From Ilumatobacteraceae bacterium (GTDB taxonomy: Bacteria > Actinomycetota > Acidimicrobiia > Acidimicrobiales > Ilumatobacteraceae), in contig JAHEKY010000007.1 in assembly GCA_024644465.1 (NCBI GenBank), positions 351 through 64,350 on the forward strand: a stretch of 64,000 bases of DNA, given 5' to 3'. The position numbers and the translations under genes are program-made. Positions 19,147-29,737 of the stretch are shown here, piece after piece. Numbering within the stretch: position 1 is the stretch's first letter; each line of letters begins with the position of its first letter. The notes under the pieces were generated by a model. It was not told the DNA's origin. It worked only from the letters and a program-made list of their open reading frames with translations, and searched no databases.

Positions 19147-20466
19147 TCACTCGACTTCGAGGAACTCCCGCAGGCGCTGGCTCCGCTGGGGGTGGCGCAG
19201 CTTGGCGAGCGTCTTCGCCTCGATCTGGCGGATTCGCTCGCGCGTCACGCCGAACGCCTTGCCGACCTCCTCCAGGGTCTTCGCCTGGCCGCCGTCGAGG
19301 CCGAACCGCAACCGCACGATCTCCTGCTCACGTTCCGAGAGCTCACCGAGCACCTCGCCAACCGCATCGGTGAGCATCGCCCGCGTCGCCGCGTCAGCCG
19401 GGCTGTCGACCGAGTCGTCCTCGATGAAGTCGCCGAGGTTCGACTCGTCCTCCTCCCCCACCGGCGAGTCCAGCGACAGCGGATCCTGCGAGATCCGCAG
19501 CAGCTCGCGCACGCGATCCGGCTCGAGCTGCACCCGCACCGCCAGCTCTTCGATCGTCGGCTCCCGTTCGAGCTCCTGGTGCATCGTCCGCTTCGCCCGC
19601 GTCACCCGGTTCATGTGTTCGACCATGTGGACCGGGATGCGGATCGTGCGGGCCTGGTCGGCGATCGAGCGGGTGATCGCCTGACGGATCCACCACGTGG
19701 CGTACGTCGAGAACTTGAAGCCCTTCGTGTAGTCGAACTTGTCGACGGCGCGCATCAGGCCGAGGTTGCCCTCCTGGATCAGGTCGAGCAGTTGCATCCC
19801 GCGACCCGAGTACCGCTTCGCGATGCTGACCACGAGCCGCAGATTGGCCTGCGTCAGCTCGCTCTTGGCTCGCTCGCCACGGCTGACCGCCCGCATCAAC
19901 ATCCGGTTCTCGACCGGGTCGATCTCGGTGCCGTCCTCGGCCGCCTGGTCGATCCGCTGCGCGGCGTTGATCCCCTCCTCGATCAACTGTGCCAGGCGCC
20001 GCTCGTCGTCGACGGTGAGCAGATCGACCTGGCCGATCTCGCGCAGGTACATCCGCACCGCGTCGGACGTTCCGCCCTCACCCTTCGGTGCCGACTTCTT
20101 CGTCCGGCGGCCGCGACGGCGGCTCAGCAGCTTCTCGTCCGCGTCGTCGGGTGCCTTCGCCACTTCGTCGACGAGCACCTCCCGGACGATGCCCTGCGTC
20201 GGTTCGTGGTCCTCGGCGTCGGCGTCGAGGGCGTCGTCGATCGCGATGCCCTCGTCGGCCATCACGGACTGCACCTGCTCGAGGACGTCGCCGGTCAACT
20301 CGATGTGCCGCAGCACATGCGTCAGGTCCTCGGCATGCACCTCACCCGACTCGCGCCCGCGCTGTACGAGGTCGCCCCACTCCTCGGTGTCGACCCCACT
20401 GAACGGAGCGACCGCGTCGTCGGCGGGCGGCTCTGGAGCCGCGGCAGCACCGTCAGCTGTCGGCAC
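19147..20466 (-). CDS. rpoD: Primary RNA polymerase sigma-70 factor (RpoD/SigA)
   Basis: [59 protein letters not shown]. Confidence 0.95.
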   Translation of the reverse strand: MPTADGAAAAPEPPADDAVAPFSGVDTEEWGDLVQRGRESGEVHAEDLTHVLRHIELTGDVLEQVQSVMADEGIAIDDALDADAEDHEPTQGIVREVLVDEVAKAPDDADEKLLSRRRGRRTKKSAPKGEGGTSDAVRMYLREIGQVDLLTVDDERRLAQLIEEGINAAQRIDQAAEDGTEIDPVENRMLMRAVSRGERAKSELTQANLRLVVSIAKRYSGRGMQLLDLIQEGNLGLMRAVDKFDYTKGFKFSTYATWWIRQAITRSIADQARTIRIPVHMVEHMNRVTRAKRTMHQELEREPTIEELAVRVQLEPDRVRELLRISQDPLSLDSPVGEEDESNLGDFIEDDSVDSPADAATRAMLTDAVGEVLGELSEREQEIVRLRFGLDGGQAKTLEEVGKAFGVTRERIRQIEAKTLAKLRHPQRSQRLREFLEVE

Positions 20467-22216
20467 CGGTGCGTTCCTCTGCTCGTCGATGCAGCCAACC
20501 TAGCAACCACTCAGCGGCGCCGAGCGCTCGTGTCTTGTCCGTGTGATGGAGCAGTTCGATGTCGAGTCGCGCCTGGCGATCCTCCTCGATCGCCTCGGGG
20601 TCCGTCACCCGGACCCGATGCTGCAGTTCCCGTCGACACGCTGCACCGATCAACGTCCGAGCCTCGACGTCCGCGACCAGATTGAGGTCGGCGACGGCGG
20701 CCCGTTCGAGCACGTCGACCGCGTCGGGCGCGGCGGCGTCGAGCGCCCGACCGAGCTCGCCATCGGTCGCCGCGAGTGCGACGAACGCCATCCGGTTGGC
20801 GTCGTCGTCGAACAACTGCTCGGTCAGCCACGGCGCGATCGAGTCCCAGTCCTGCACGAGCAGCACGAGTGCCGCGAACTCGGCGTTCTGCATCGGCCCC
20901 CGTGACCGTTTCGGCTGCACCAGGATCGCCGGTCGGCGCGTGCCGCGCTCGGCGAGGCGGACCATGTCGTTGACCGGCATGCCGACGTCGGCCGCCAGCT
21001 CGCCCGCGTACAGCATCCGGATCGACGCGTTGGGATGCTCGTTGATCACCGCCATCGCGTCCTCGGCGAGCCGCACGCGATGCTCGGGCGAGTCCTTGCT
21101 GCGCCCGTGCATCGTCCGATCGATCCGGAACTTGAGGAACGGCACCGGCTTGTCGACGGCCGCGACGAGTGCCTCGGGGTGCGTTGACGCGAGGTCACCG
21201 GGATCCTTGCCGTCGGGCAGCTTCGCGACGAGCACCTCGACCGCGTGTTGCTGCTCCCACTCGTAGAACCGCTCGGCGGCACCCTGGCCGGCGGCGTCCG
21301 CGTCGAACGCGAGCACGACCTTGCTCGCGTACCGCTTGAGCAGGCGCACGTGCTCCTCGGTCAGCGCTGTGCCACACGTCGCGACCGCCCGCGGGACACC
21401 GGCACGGTGGAAGCCGATCACGTCGGTGTACCCCTCGCACACGACCACCTGGTTCTCCTTGGCGATGTCCGCCTTCGCCCAGTTCAACCCGTACAACGTC
21501 TTCGACTTCGAGTAGATCGGCGTCTCGGAGGAGTTCTTGTACTTCGCGGGATCCTCCGAGCCCGGCAGGATCCGGCCCCCGAACGCGAGCGCCTCGCCGG
21601 ATTCGGAGAAGATCGGGAACATCACCCGAGCACGGAACGAGTCCTGCATGCGGTTGCGCCGGTTGCGGAACGACAGGCCGACGTCCTGCAACACGTCGGG
21701 TGGCGCACCGAGGGCCTTCGACAGCGCATCCCAGTCGTCGGGCGCCCACCCGAGCTTGAACTGACGGGCGATGTCTCCGGCGAGGCCGCGGCGGCGCAGG
21801 TAGTCGCGGGCCGGCCGGGCGTCGGGGTCGGTGAGCAGCCGCTGGTGGTACCACTCCACCGCTTCGCCCATCGCCGCGGTCAGCTTCTTGCGCCGGGACC
21901 GTTCCTGCGACTGCCCGGCACTCGTGTAGTTGAGCTGGATCCCGGCCTTCGCCGCGAGGTGCTCGACCGCGCCCGGGAAGTCGAGGTGCTCGATCTCCTG
22001 GATGAACGTGAACACGTCGCCGCCCTTGTCGCAGCCGAAGCACTTGTACCGCCCCGTCTCCTCGCGCACGTTGAACGAGCCGGACTTCTCGGCGTGGAAC
22101 GGACACAGCCCGACCCAGTTGCGCCCGACCCGCTTGAGGGCCACGTACTGCTGCACGGTGTCGACGATCGACACGGTCGAACGCAACCGCTCGATGTCCT
22201 CGTCGACGATTCCCAT
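20453..22216 (-). CDS. dnaG: DNA primase
   Basis: CHC2 zinc finger CPFH...CFGC; KYKNS; TOPRIM EGYTDV, FDADAAG, GKDP. Confidence 0.97.
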   Translation of the reverse strand: MGIVDEDIERLRSTVSIVDTVQQYVALKRVGRNWVGLCPFHAEKSGSFNVREETGRYKCFGCDKGGDVFTFIQEIEHLDFPGAVEHLAAKAGIQLNYTSAGQSQERSRRKKLTAAMGEAVEWYHQRLLTDPDARPARDYLRRRGLAGDIARQFKLGWAPDDWDALSKALGAPPDVLQDVGLSFRNRRNRMQDSFRARVMFPIFSESGEALAFGGRILPGSEDPAKYKNSSETPIYSKSKTLYGLNWAKADIAKENQVVVCEGYTDVIGFHRAGVPRAVATCGTALTEEHVRLLKRYASKVVLAFDADAAGQGAAERFYEWEQQHAVEVLVAKLPDGKDPGDLASTHPEALVAAVDKPVPFLKFRIDRTMHGRSKDSPEHRVRLAEDAMAVINEHPNASIRMLYAGELAADVGMPVNDMVRLAERGTRRPAILVQPKRSRGPMQNAEFAALVLLVQDWDSIAPWLTEQLFDDDANRMAFVALAATDGELGRALDAAAPDAVDVLERAAVADLNLVADVEARTLIGAACRRELQHRVRVTDPEAIEEDRQARLDIELLHHTDKTRALGAAEWLLGWLHRRAEERTGADS

Positions 22217-22291
22217 CGGCGGCACACTACTGCCCGCCCGGACGTCGAATTCAGGCGGCTCCGCCGGCCGGCGACGGGCCTCGGCGGCCGG

Positions 22292-23317
22292 TCAGTCGCC
22301 CGGCAGTTCCGCCGGTTCGTCGAATGCCCGGCTGACCGTCTCGGAGTCCTCCTCCATCCGCGTCACCTTCAGCGAGAAGCCGATCGAGGCGGTCAACACC
22401 AGTGCGATCACCATCAGCGAGAGCCACGTCGGGATGTGGTACCACTCGGCGATGATCATCTTCACGCCGACGAACGCGAGGATGATCGCGAGGCCCTGCT
22501 GGAGGAATGCGAACCGGCTGTGCATGTCGGCGAGCAGGAAGTACAGCGCGCGCAGGCCGAGGATCGCGAAGGCGTTCGAGGAGAACACGATGAACTGCTC
22601 GTTGCTGACGGCGAGGACGGCCGGTACGGAATCGACGGCGAAGATGACGTCGGTCGCCTCGACGAGCATCAGCACGGCGAACAGCGGCGTCGCGAGGCGT
22701 CGCCCTGTCTTGCGGGTGAACAGCTTCTGACCGTCGAACTCGTCGGTCGACGGCACGAACCGGTTGACGACCCGCAGGAACCTCGACTCGCCGGGATCGA
22801 CATGGTCGTTGTCGGTGAAGATCAGCTTCGCCGCGGTGTAGAGCAGGAACGCGCCGAACACGTACAGCACCCAGTCGAAGCGTTCGATCAGCGCGACGCC
22901 GGCGAAGATGAAGATCGCTCGCAGGACGAGCGCGCCGAAGATGCCCCAGAACAGGACGCGGTGCTGATACTTCTGCGGCACCTTGAAGTACCCCATGATC
23001 AGCGCCCAGACGAACACGTTGTCGATGCTGAGCGACTTCTCGATCAGGAAGCCGGAGATGTACTCCCCGCTGGCTGCGGCACCGAACCACCATGCGACGA
23101 CACCCGTGAACGCGATGCCGCAGCCGATCCACACCGCCGACTCGATCGCGGCCTCGCGTGTGCCGACCTCGTGCGCCTCCTTGTGCACGACGAGCAGGTC
23201 GACGAGCAGCATCGAGACGATGATCCCGAGCAGGGCGAGCCACTGCCAGGCCGCGACGTCGAGGTCGACGAGGTTCTCCCGGCCCTTTTCGGCGGCGACG
23301 TAGATCTGTTCGAGCAC
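22292..23317 (-). CDS. TerC/Alx family membrane protein
   Basis: EKSLSIDNVFV, QHRVLFWGIFGA, DVIFAVDSVPA, SNAFAILGLRALYF. Confidence 0.92.
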   Translation of the reverse strand: MLEQIYVAAEKGRENLVDLDVAAWQWLALLGIIVSMLLVDLLVVHKEAHEVGTREAAIESAVWIGCGIAFTGVVAWWFGAAASGEYISGFLIEKSLSIDNVFVWALIMGYFKVPQKYQHRVLFWGIFGALVLRAIFIFAGVALIERFDWVLYVFGAFLLYTAAKLIFTDNDHVDPGESRFLRVVNRFVPSTDEFDGQKLFTRKTGRRLATPLFAVLMLVEATDVIFAVDSVPAVLAVSNEQFIVFSSNAFAILGLRALYFLLADMHSRFAFLQQGLAIILAFVGVKMIIAEWYHIPTWLSLMVIALVLTASIGFSLKVTRMEEDSETVSRAFDEPAELPGD

Positions 23318-23378
23318 CCGCACATTCTGCCCGAAGTCCGCCGGAACGAAACGATTCGCCGGATGTTCGCGACGCGGC

Positions 23379-25004
23379 TCAGCCGGGGCCGTTCTGTCGC
23401 TCGATGACCGCCTGGGCCGCCGCCAACCTGGCAACCGGAACGCGGTAGGGCGAGCACGACACCGAATCGAGCCCGGCGTCGAGGAACAGGCGGATCGAGG
23501 CCGGATCACCGCCGTGCTCGCCGCACACGCCGACCCTCAACTCGGGCTTCGTCGCACGGCCACGCCGCGTCCCTTCCCGCACGAGCTCGCCGACGCCGTC
23601 GGTGTCGATCGTGTCGAACGGGTTCGACGCCAGCAGCCCGTGCTCGAGGTATGCCGGCATCATCCGCCGCTCGACGTCGTCGCGGCTGAACCCGAACGTC
23701 AGCTGCGTCAGGTCGTTCGTGCCGAACGAGAAGAAGTCGGCGTCGTGGGCCAACTCGCCGGCGCGCAGCGCCGCGCGCGGGGTCTCGATCATCGTGCCGA
23801 TCGTGATGTCGGCCTGGTCCACCTGCGAGAGCGACAGTTCCGCGACCTCAGCCGCGACCCACGACCGCACCAGTGCGAGCTCCGGGCGGGAAACGGTCAA
23901 CGGCACCATGATCTCGACGATCGGGTGGCCGCCGTCGGCCCGGACCGAACGCGCGGCAGCCAGCAGCGCCCGGACCTGCATCGCGTACAGGCCCGGCTTG
24001 AGCACTGCGAGCCGGACGCCGCGAGTGCCGATCATCGGATTGTGCTCCGCCCACTCGCGCGCCGCATCGAGCTCCCGCTGTTCCTCCGGCGACAACCCGT
24101 CGGCGGCACGCTTCATCTCAAGGTCGAGCACGGCGGGCAGGAACTCGTGCAGTGGCGGGTCCAGGAGCCGGACGGTGACCGGCAGGCCGTCCATCGCGGC
24201 GAGGATCGCGGCGAAGTCGACCTCCTGCACGTCGCCGAGCTCGGCGAGGGCGGCGCGCTCGTCCTCCGGCGTGCGGGCGAGGATCATCGCCCGCATGATC
24301 GGGAGCCGATCCGGGGAGAGGAACATGTGCTCGGTCCGGCAGAGACCGATTCCGTCCGCACCCAGTTCGCGGGCCTTCGCGGCGTCGGCCGCGGTGTCCG
24401 CGTTGGCGCGGACGGCGAGCCGATCGCGCCGCACCTCGTCGGCCCAGCCGAGCGCCGTGAAGAACTCCTCCGGAAGGCCGGTGCTCGCGGTGCCGCGCTC
24501 GCCGAGCGTCACCTCGCCGGACGACCCGTCGATCGAGATGACGTCGCCTTCGGAGACGACGACATCACCGACGGCGAACGTGCGGCCGTCGATCACGATC
24601 GCCTCCGCGCCGACGACCGCGGGCGTCCCCCACCCGCGCGCCACGAGCGCGGCGTGGCTGACGAGCCCCCCGCGCGTCGTCAGCAAGCCCGCTGCGACCA
24701 TCATCCCGTGCACGTCGGCCGGCGTCGTCTCGTTCCGGACGAGGATCACCGCTTCCCCACGATCGGCGGCATCGGCGGCATCGGCCGCGGTGAAGTACAC
24801 CGCACCGACCGCCGCACCCGGCGAGGCGCCCAGCCCTCGGGCGAGGGCGGCGCCGGCCGTCTCGAAGCGGGCGTGCATCACGGCTTCGAGATCGGCCGCC
24901 GTCAACTCGAGCAGCGCCGCCTCGCGCCGCTCCGCGGTGTCGTCCGCGAGCACGGCGGCGACCACCCGACGCAGGTTCCCCTCGCCCGTTCGATCACTGG
25001 TCAT
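23379..25004 (-). CDS. Pyruvate phosphate dikinase-like protein lacking the N-terminal nucleotide-binding domain
   Basis: GASPGAA, GGLVSHAALVAR (phospho-His), GIGLCRTEHMF, FSFGTNDLTQ, CGEHGGDP; only 541 aa. Confidence 0.85.
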   Translation of the reverse strand: MTSDRTGEGNLRRVVAAVLADDTAERREAALLELTAADLEAVMHARFETAGAALARGLGASPGAAVGAVYFTAADAADAADRGEAVILVRNETTPADVHGMMVAAGLLTTRGGLVSHAALVARGWGTPAVVGAEAIVIDGRTFAVGDVVVSEGDVISIDGSSGEVTLGERGTASTGLPEEFFTALGWADEVRRDRLAVRANADTAADAAKARELGADGIGLCRTEHMFLSPDRLPIMRAMILARTPEDERAALAELGDVQEVDFAAILAAMDGLPVTVRLLDPPLHEFLPAVLDLEMKRAADGLSPEEQRELDAAREWAEHNPMIGTRGVRLAVLKPGLYAMQVRALLAAARSVRADGGHPIVEIMVPLTVSRPELALVRSWVAAEVAELSLSQVDQADITIGTMIETPRAALRAGELAHDADFFSFGTNDLTQLTFGFSRDDVERRMMPAYLEHGLLASNPFDTIDTDGVGELVREGTRRGRATKPELRVGVCGEHGGDPASIRLFLDAGLDSVSCSPYRVPVARLAAAQAVIERQNGPG

Positions 25005-25045
25005 CACCGCAAGACTTGCACGAGCGGACCCGCGTCCGGGACGAT

Positions 25046-25603
25046 TCACTCAACGACGAGTTCGGCGAACATCCCTTCGACGATGTGCGGCGGCCCGCCC
25101 GCGACGTCGGGTGGGCCACCCTCGGCCTCGGCGGCCGCGGTGAGGTATTCCTGCGGGTCGGCACCGGTCGGGATCACGCAGATCAGGGCGTAGCGGCCGG
25201 GCTCGGTCAGCGCACCGGTGCCTTCGACCGCGAAGCCCGACTCCCCGGGCGGCGCGACCAACACGGTCTCGACGAACGGGAAGAACCCGGCGAGCTGGTC
25301 GGGCGGCAATTGGACGAGCTCCTCGACGGAGCGGTCCTCGTCGTCGGGCAGCCGAATCGCCACGACTTCGTGGACCTCCTTGTCGCTGTCGTTCTGCAGC
25401 GTGAGCGTCGCACCAGCGGTCACCCGCTCCGGAACATCGACGAACGTGTAGTCGATCGCGGTCAGTTCGATCGGGCCGCTGACGGCGTCGGGCTCGTCGG
25501 AGCCGCACGCGCCGAGCAGCGGCGACAACGCAAGGGCCGCGGTCATCATCGCCGCGGCGCGGCCGCGAGAGATCGTGGTGGCAGGGCTGGTGGTGTGGTT
25601 CAT
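25046..25603 (-). CDS. Cupredoxin-like lipoprotein
   Basis: Lipobox LLGAC; HE...PGRYALIC...PH.VEGM type-1 copper ligand pattern. Confidence 0.7.
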   Translation of the reverse strand: MNHTTSPATTISRGRAAAMMTAALALSPLLGACGSDEPDAVSGPIELTAIDYTFVDVPERVTAGATLTLQNDSDKEVHEVVAIRLPDDEDRSVEELVQLPPDQLAGFFPFVETVLVAPPGESGFAVEGTGALTEPGRYALICVIPTGADPQEYLTAAAEAEGGPPDVAGGPPHIVEGMFAELVVE

Positions 25604-25661
25604 GAAATCACCGTGACGGAGCGCCCTTCGGAAATCCTTCCGATCGTCACGAGCACCTACG

Positions 25662-27179
25662 ATGACCAGGGTGAAGGACGTCCCGGACATCCACTTCGCG
25701 CCCGCAAGGGGCGCACGCATCGCATACCAGCTGTTCGGCACCGGGACGATCCCGATGGTCGCTGTCCCACCGGCCGCGCAGAACATCGAGGCCGCGTGGG
25801 AGCGCCGGGAGATCCGCTCGATGCTCGAGCGCTTCGGGTCGTTCACGCGCTACCTCGTCTTCGACAAGCGGGGCACCGGCGCTTCGGACCGCTCCTTGTC
25901 GATGCCGGGGATCGACGAGTACGTCGACGACCTGCGCGCCGTGATGGACGATGCCGGGATCGACCGGGCCCATCTGTTCGCCCAGTCGGAAGGCGGCCCG
26001 ATGACGCTGATGTTCGCGGCGACCTACCCGCATCGTGTCCACAGCGTCATCTTGGTCGGCTCCGCGGCCCGGCTGGGGCCCGAACGCACAGCCGAAGAAC
26101 GCGAGGCGACCCGCGGCCGAATCGTCGATTTCTGCTCCGTGTGGGGCACGCCCGAGTCGCGCGCGATCGACGTCTTCGCGCCCTCGCGTGTGGGCGACGA
26201 GGACTTTCGGACGTGGCACCAGCGATACGAGCGTGTCGCTGCGAGTTCGGACTCGTTGCGCGACCTGATGTTCCAGATGATGGACGTCGACGTCCGCGAG
26301 GTGCTGCCAGACCTGGAGGTTCCGGTGCTCGTCGTTCATCGCCGCGACGACCGCGCGATCCCGTTGGCGTTCGGCCGAGAGGTCGCCGAACTCGTCGCCG
26401 ACTCGACGATGTTCGAGGTGCCCGGCGAGGACCACTTCCTCTACATCGGCGACACCGACGCGGTCCTCGACGAGATCGAGCGCTTCGTCACCGGCGCCGT
26501 GACCCCGCGCGACGACGTCGGGCCGACGACCGCCCGGATCACGACGCTCGGTCGGTTCGCGGCGATCATCGACGGCCGAGAGGTCGAGACGAGCGAGTGG
26601 GGCTCGCGGCGCGCCCGCACGTTGCTGAAGCGACTCGTCGTCGCACGCGGCTGGCCGGTGACGCGCGATGAGTTGATCGAACTGCTCTGGCCCGGCGACG
26701 ACGAGGTCGACAAGCTCGGCGCGCGGCTCTCGGTGCAACTCTCCGCCGTCCGGCGGATCCTCGGTGGCGGCGTCGTCGCGGACCGGCAGACCGTGGCACT
26801 CGACCTGGGGCACGTGTCGTGCGACATCGACGAGTTCCTGCGGAGCGTCGACGACGACGCCATCGTCGAGCAGTACGCCGGGGAGTTCCTCCCGGAGGAC
26901 CGATACGAGGACTGGTCGCGTGCGATCCGCGACGAAGCCCGCTCGCACTTCACGCTCGCCGCGCACCGCGTGATCGACGCGGCCGCCGAGCACGGCGATT
27001 GGCTGCGCGTCGCGGAGATCGCCCGCAGACTGCTCGACGCAGACCCGTACGACGAGGCTGCCCACCGCCGACTCGTCGACGCACTCGGCGCCGCCGGCGA
27101 CGCCACCGGCGCCGAACGCGCGCGCGACGCCTGGTCGGCCGCGCTGACCGAGTTGGGCGTCGAACCGAACTCGGCCTGA
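25662..27179 (+). CDS. Alpha/beta hydrolase-fold sensor fused to a SARP (wHTH-BTAD) regulator
   Basis: FDKRGTGASDR and AQSEGG; C-terminal ITTLGRF...RDELIELLWP...DPYDEAAHRRLV. Confidence 0.82.
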   Translation: MTRVKDVPDIHFAPARGARIAYQLFGTGTIPMVAVPPAAQNIEAAWERREIRSMLERFGSFTRYLVFDKRGTGASDRSLSMPGIDEYVDDLRAVMDDAGIDRAHLFAQSEGGPMTLMFAATYPHRVHSVILVGSAARLGPERTAEEREATRGRIVDFCSVWGTPESRAIDVFAPSRVGDEDFRTWHQRYERVAASSDSLRDLMFQMMDVDVREVLPDLEVPVLVVHRRDDRAIPLAFGREVAELVADSTMFEVPGEDHFLYIGDTDAVLDEIERFVTGAVTPRDDVGPTTARITTLGRFAAIIDGREVETSEWGSRRARTLLKRLVVARGWPVTRDELIELLWPGDDEVDKLGARLSVQLSAVRRILGGGVVADRQTVALDLGHVSCDIDEFLRSVDDDAIVEQYAGEFLPEDRYEDWSRAIRDEARSHFTLAAHRVIDAAAEHGDWLRVAEIARRLLDADPYDEAAHRRLVDALGAAGDATGAERARDAWSAALTELGVEPNSA

Positions 27180-27214
27180 AGGATTTCCGAAGGGTGCGCC
27201 GGCACCCTCGGGAC

Positions 27215-27784
27215 ATGACACCACACGACGACACACACGACACCAACCGCGACAACCGCCGCGCACCGACCGACGCGGGTGACCCGCCGTCGAACCGACG
27301 GCCGTACCTGCTCCAACGCGACGAGGGCGACCATCGCCACTTCCTCAACCATCTCGCCACGACGAAGGTCGCCGCGGGCAACGACGGTTCGATGACCGTC
27401 GTCGAGTTCGTCGCCGAACGGGGATTCGGCCCGCCGCTGCATCGCCACCTCGATGAAGACGAGCTGTTCATCCTGCTCGAAGGAGAGGTCCACCTCAGTT
27501 CCGGCGAGCAGACGATGGTTGCGCGCGAGGGCGCCACGGTGTTCCTCCCCCACGGCGTCGCCCACACCTTCCAGGTCCACTCCGACACGGCGCGGATCTC
27601 GACGATCACGGCCTCGGCGACCGGCACGCCGCGCTTCGACCGAATGGTCGCCGAGCTCGGCACACCGATCGATGGCACGGTCGTACCGGCCCCGATCGAG
27701 ATCGACCCGGCCAACGTCGCCGCCGTCTGTGCCGCCAACGGCATCGAGGTGCTCGGGCCGCCGCCGTCGCCACTGCCCGCCTGA
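27215..27784 (+). CDS. Cupin protein (quercetin 2,3-dioxygenase-like)
   Basis: PPLHRHLDEDELF and LPHGVAHTF cupin motifs. Confidence 0.82.
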   Translation: MTPHDDTHDTNRDNRRAPTDAGDPPSNRRPYLLQRDEGDHRHFLNHLATTKVAAGNDGSMTVVEFVAERGFGPPLHRHLDEDELFILLEGEVHLSSGEQTMVAREGATVFLPHGVAHTFQVHSDTARISTITASATGTPRFDRMVAELGTPIDGTVVPAPIEIDPANVAAVCAANGIEVLGPPPSPLPA

Positions 27785-27806
27785 CCTGGCCGTAGCATGG
27801 GGGCGG

Positions 27807-28922
27807 ATGTTCCGCCTGCTGGGTTTCAACGTGCACGTTCAGCCGGGCTTCGTGATGTTCATGCTCCTGATCGTCGTGCTCTACGGCGACGAGTTCGGGC
27901 TCTGGCTGGCCGGCGCGATCGCGGGCTTCACGCTCGTCCACGAACTCGGCCATGCCGTCTCGGCCCGGCGCAGCGGTGCGCACGCCGAGATCTCGCTCGG
28001 CTTCCTCGCCGGCTACGCGTCCTACGTGCCGACGAGGCCGATCTCGCGCGCCGAACACGCCTGGATCTCCTTCAGCGGGCCCGGCATCCACATCGCGTCG
28101 AGCGTCGCGGTCCTGCTCGCCCTCGGCGCGAACCCGCTCGACCCGGCGTCGTTCGACGACGCTGCGGCGACGTACGCGATCTGGTGGGCGGGCCCGGCGA
28201 TCGGCGTGCTCAACCTGATCCCCGTCCTGCCCCTCGACGGGGGCAACATCGTCGTCCAGGGCCTCGACCGGCTGCTGCCCGGCCGAGCCAGACGGATGAT
28301 GCTGTTGTTCTCGATCGGCGTCACCGGTGCGGCCGCCGTGGCGATGTTCGCGAGCGAACGCTTCCGCGGCTTCAGCATCTTCATCGCGTTCCTGATGATC
28401 ACCCAGCTGCAGATGCTCGGCTCGTCGAAGGAGCCCGCATCACCGTGGACCGAGGCGGCAACGGCGTTGGAGGCGGGCAAGCCGGGCAAGGCACGGCGCC
28501 GGCTGATCGCTGCGCTCAGCCATGCCCGCGCTGGCGCGCCCGTCGCGGCGACGATGATCCCGGCGGACACGCTGCGGGCGCTCGTCGACCTGCTGCCCCA
28601 GCCGCTGCCATACGGGGACCCGACCAACGAGTACGTGCTCGCGAACATCCTCATCTCGCTCGGCCGCTACGAGGACGCCGCGCACTACGCGGCGGACAGC
28701 TTCCAGCGGGCACCGAACACCCTCAGCGCGTCGGCGGTCGCCCGCGCCTCGGGCGCGCTCGGTGACGAGGCCACCGCGATCGGGTGGTTGCGAGCTGCCG
28801 CCGACGCGGGCACCTCGCCTGCAGGGCTGGCGCACGTGATCGACGGGTCCCCCGAGTTGATCGGCCTCCGCCACAACCCCGAAGTGCAGGCGATCCGGCG
28901 GGCACTGAGCCCGACCGGCTGA
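27807..28922 (+). CDS. Site-2 protease (M50) with TPR-like C-terminus
   Basis: HELGH and NLIPVLPLDGG motifs. Confidence 0.88.
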   Translation: MFRLLGFNVHVQPGFVMFMLLIVVLYGDEFGLWLAGAIAGFTLVHELGHAVSARRSGAHAEISLGFLAGYASYVPTRPISRAEHAWISFSGPGIHIASSVAVLLALGANPLDPASFDDAAATYAIWWAGPAIGVLNLIPVLPLDGGNIVVQGLDRLLPGRARRMMLLFSIGVTGAAAVAMFASERFRGFSIFIAFLMITQLQMLGSSKEPASPWTEAATALEAGKPGKARRRLIAALSHARAGAPVAATMIPADTLRALVDLLPQPLPYGDPTNEYVLANILISLGRYEDAAHYAADSFQRAPNTLSASAVARASGALGDEATAIGWLRAAADAGTSPAGLAHVIDGSPELIGLRHNPEVQAIRRALSPTG

Positions 28923-28932
28923 GCGGCCGCGA

Positions 28933-29592
28933 TCAGCCGTACGTCGGCGTGCGGCCGACGTCGGCGCCGCGCTTGACGTAGCCGAGTGCGGCACGCCCCG
29001 CGACACTCGTGATCGTGCCGACGTCGGCCCCGTCGGCGTCGCGGATCGGGTCACCGGGCTGCGTGCCGTCCTCGACGTCGAGCAGCCGCAGGGACTTCGG
29101 CGCTGCGGCTCCGCGGCTGTCCATCCGCTCGACGAGCTCCTGGCCCGGGTAACACCCCTTCGTGAAGTTGACCGCCTGGTCGACGATGCCGATCACGGCG
29201 GGGATCGTCTCCCCCGGCACGATCTCCGCGCCCATCCGCGGCCAACCGGCGGCGATCCGCGCCTGTTCGTGATCGGCCGACGGCTCGGCGGTCTCCGCCC
29301 CGTCGAGTTCGATGTCGGCCTTCACGCGGATCTTGAAGCGGTTGAGGCGGGCCTCGAGTTCGGCCCCGTACCCGGCATCGGTGTCGAGGACGAACGTGTC
29401 GTCGGCCGTCCGCTCGATCCGCGCGAGCGCAGTGATCTTGCCGGTCGGTTCGAGCACGAGCGTCCACCGGGTCTCGCCGACGGCCTGGTCGCGGATCTCC
29501 TGCGCGACCTGCGACTGGAGATAGCTCACGGCGTCCTCGCCCCGCACGACGAGGCGATCGCGGGCGGCGGGGTCGATGAACGGTTCGGCCAT
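28933..29592 (-). CDS. ygfZ: YgfZ/GcvT-like folate-binding protein
   Basis: KGCYPGQE motif. Confidence 0.85.
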   Translation of the reverse strand: MAEPFIDPAARDRLVVRGEDAVSYLQSQVAQEIRDQAVGETRWTLVLEPTGKITALARIERTADDTFVLDTDAGYGAELEARLNRFKIRVKADIELDGAETAEPSADHEQARIAAGWPRMGAEIVPGETIPAVIGIVDQAVNFTKGCYPGQELVERMDSRGAAAPKSLRLLDVEDGTQPGDPIRDADGADVGTITSVAGRAALGYVKRGADVGRTPTYG

Positions 29593-29737
29593 GATCCCAG
29601 TCTGGCGGCGCAGACCGCCAACACCACGTCGGTGGCCGGGCGGCGGGCGCCGGGCGCGTCCACGGGCCTGCCCCATCTGGTGCGAGGCACCAGATGAGAC
29701 CGGCCCGCACCCAACAGCGTGGCACACTTCGGAGACG

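Noticed and set aside
18579-19150. Repeat-encoded ORFs (34-aa period)
   Set aside because: Open frames arise because 102 is divisible by 3 in GC-rich DNA; there is no RBS or plausible protein composition.
21245-23407. 720-aa plus-strand ORF
   Set aside because: Antisense shadow of dnaG and terC caused by high GC3; no motifs.
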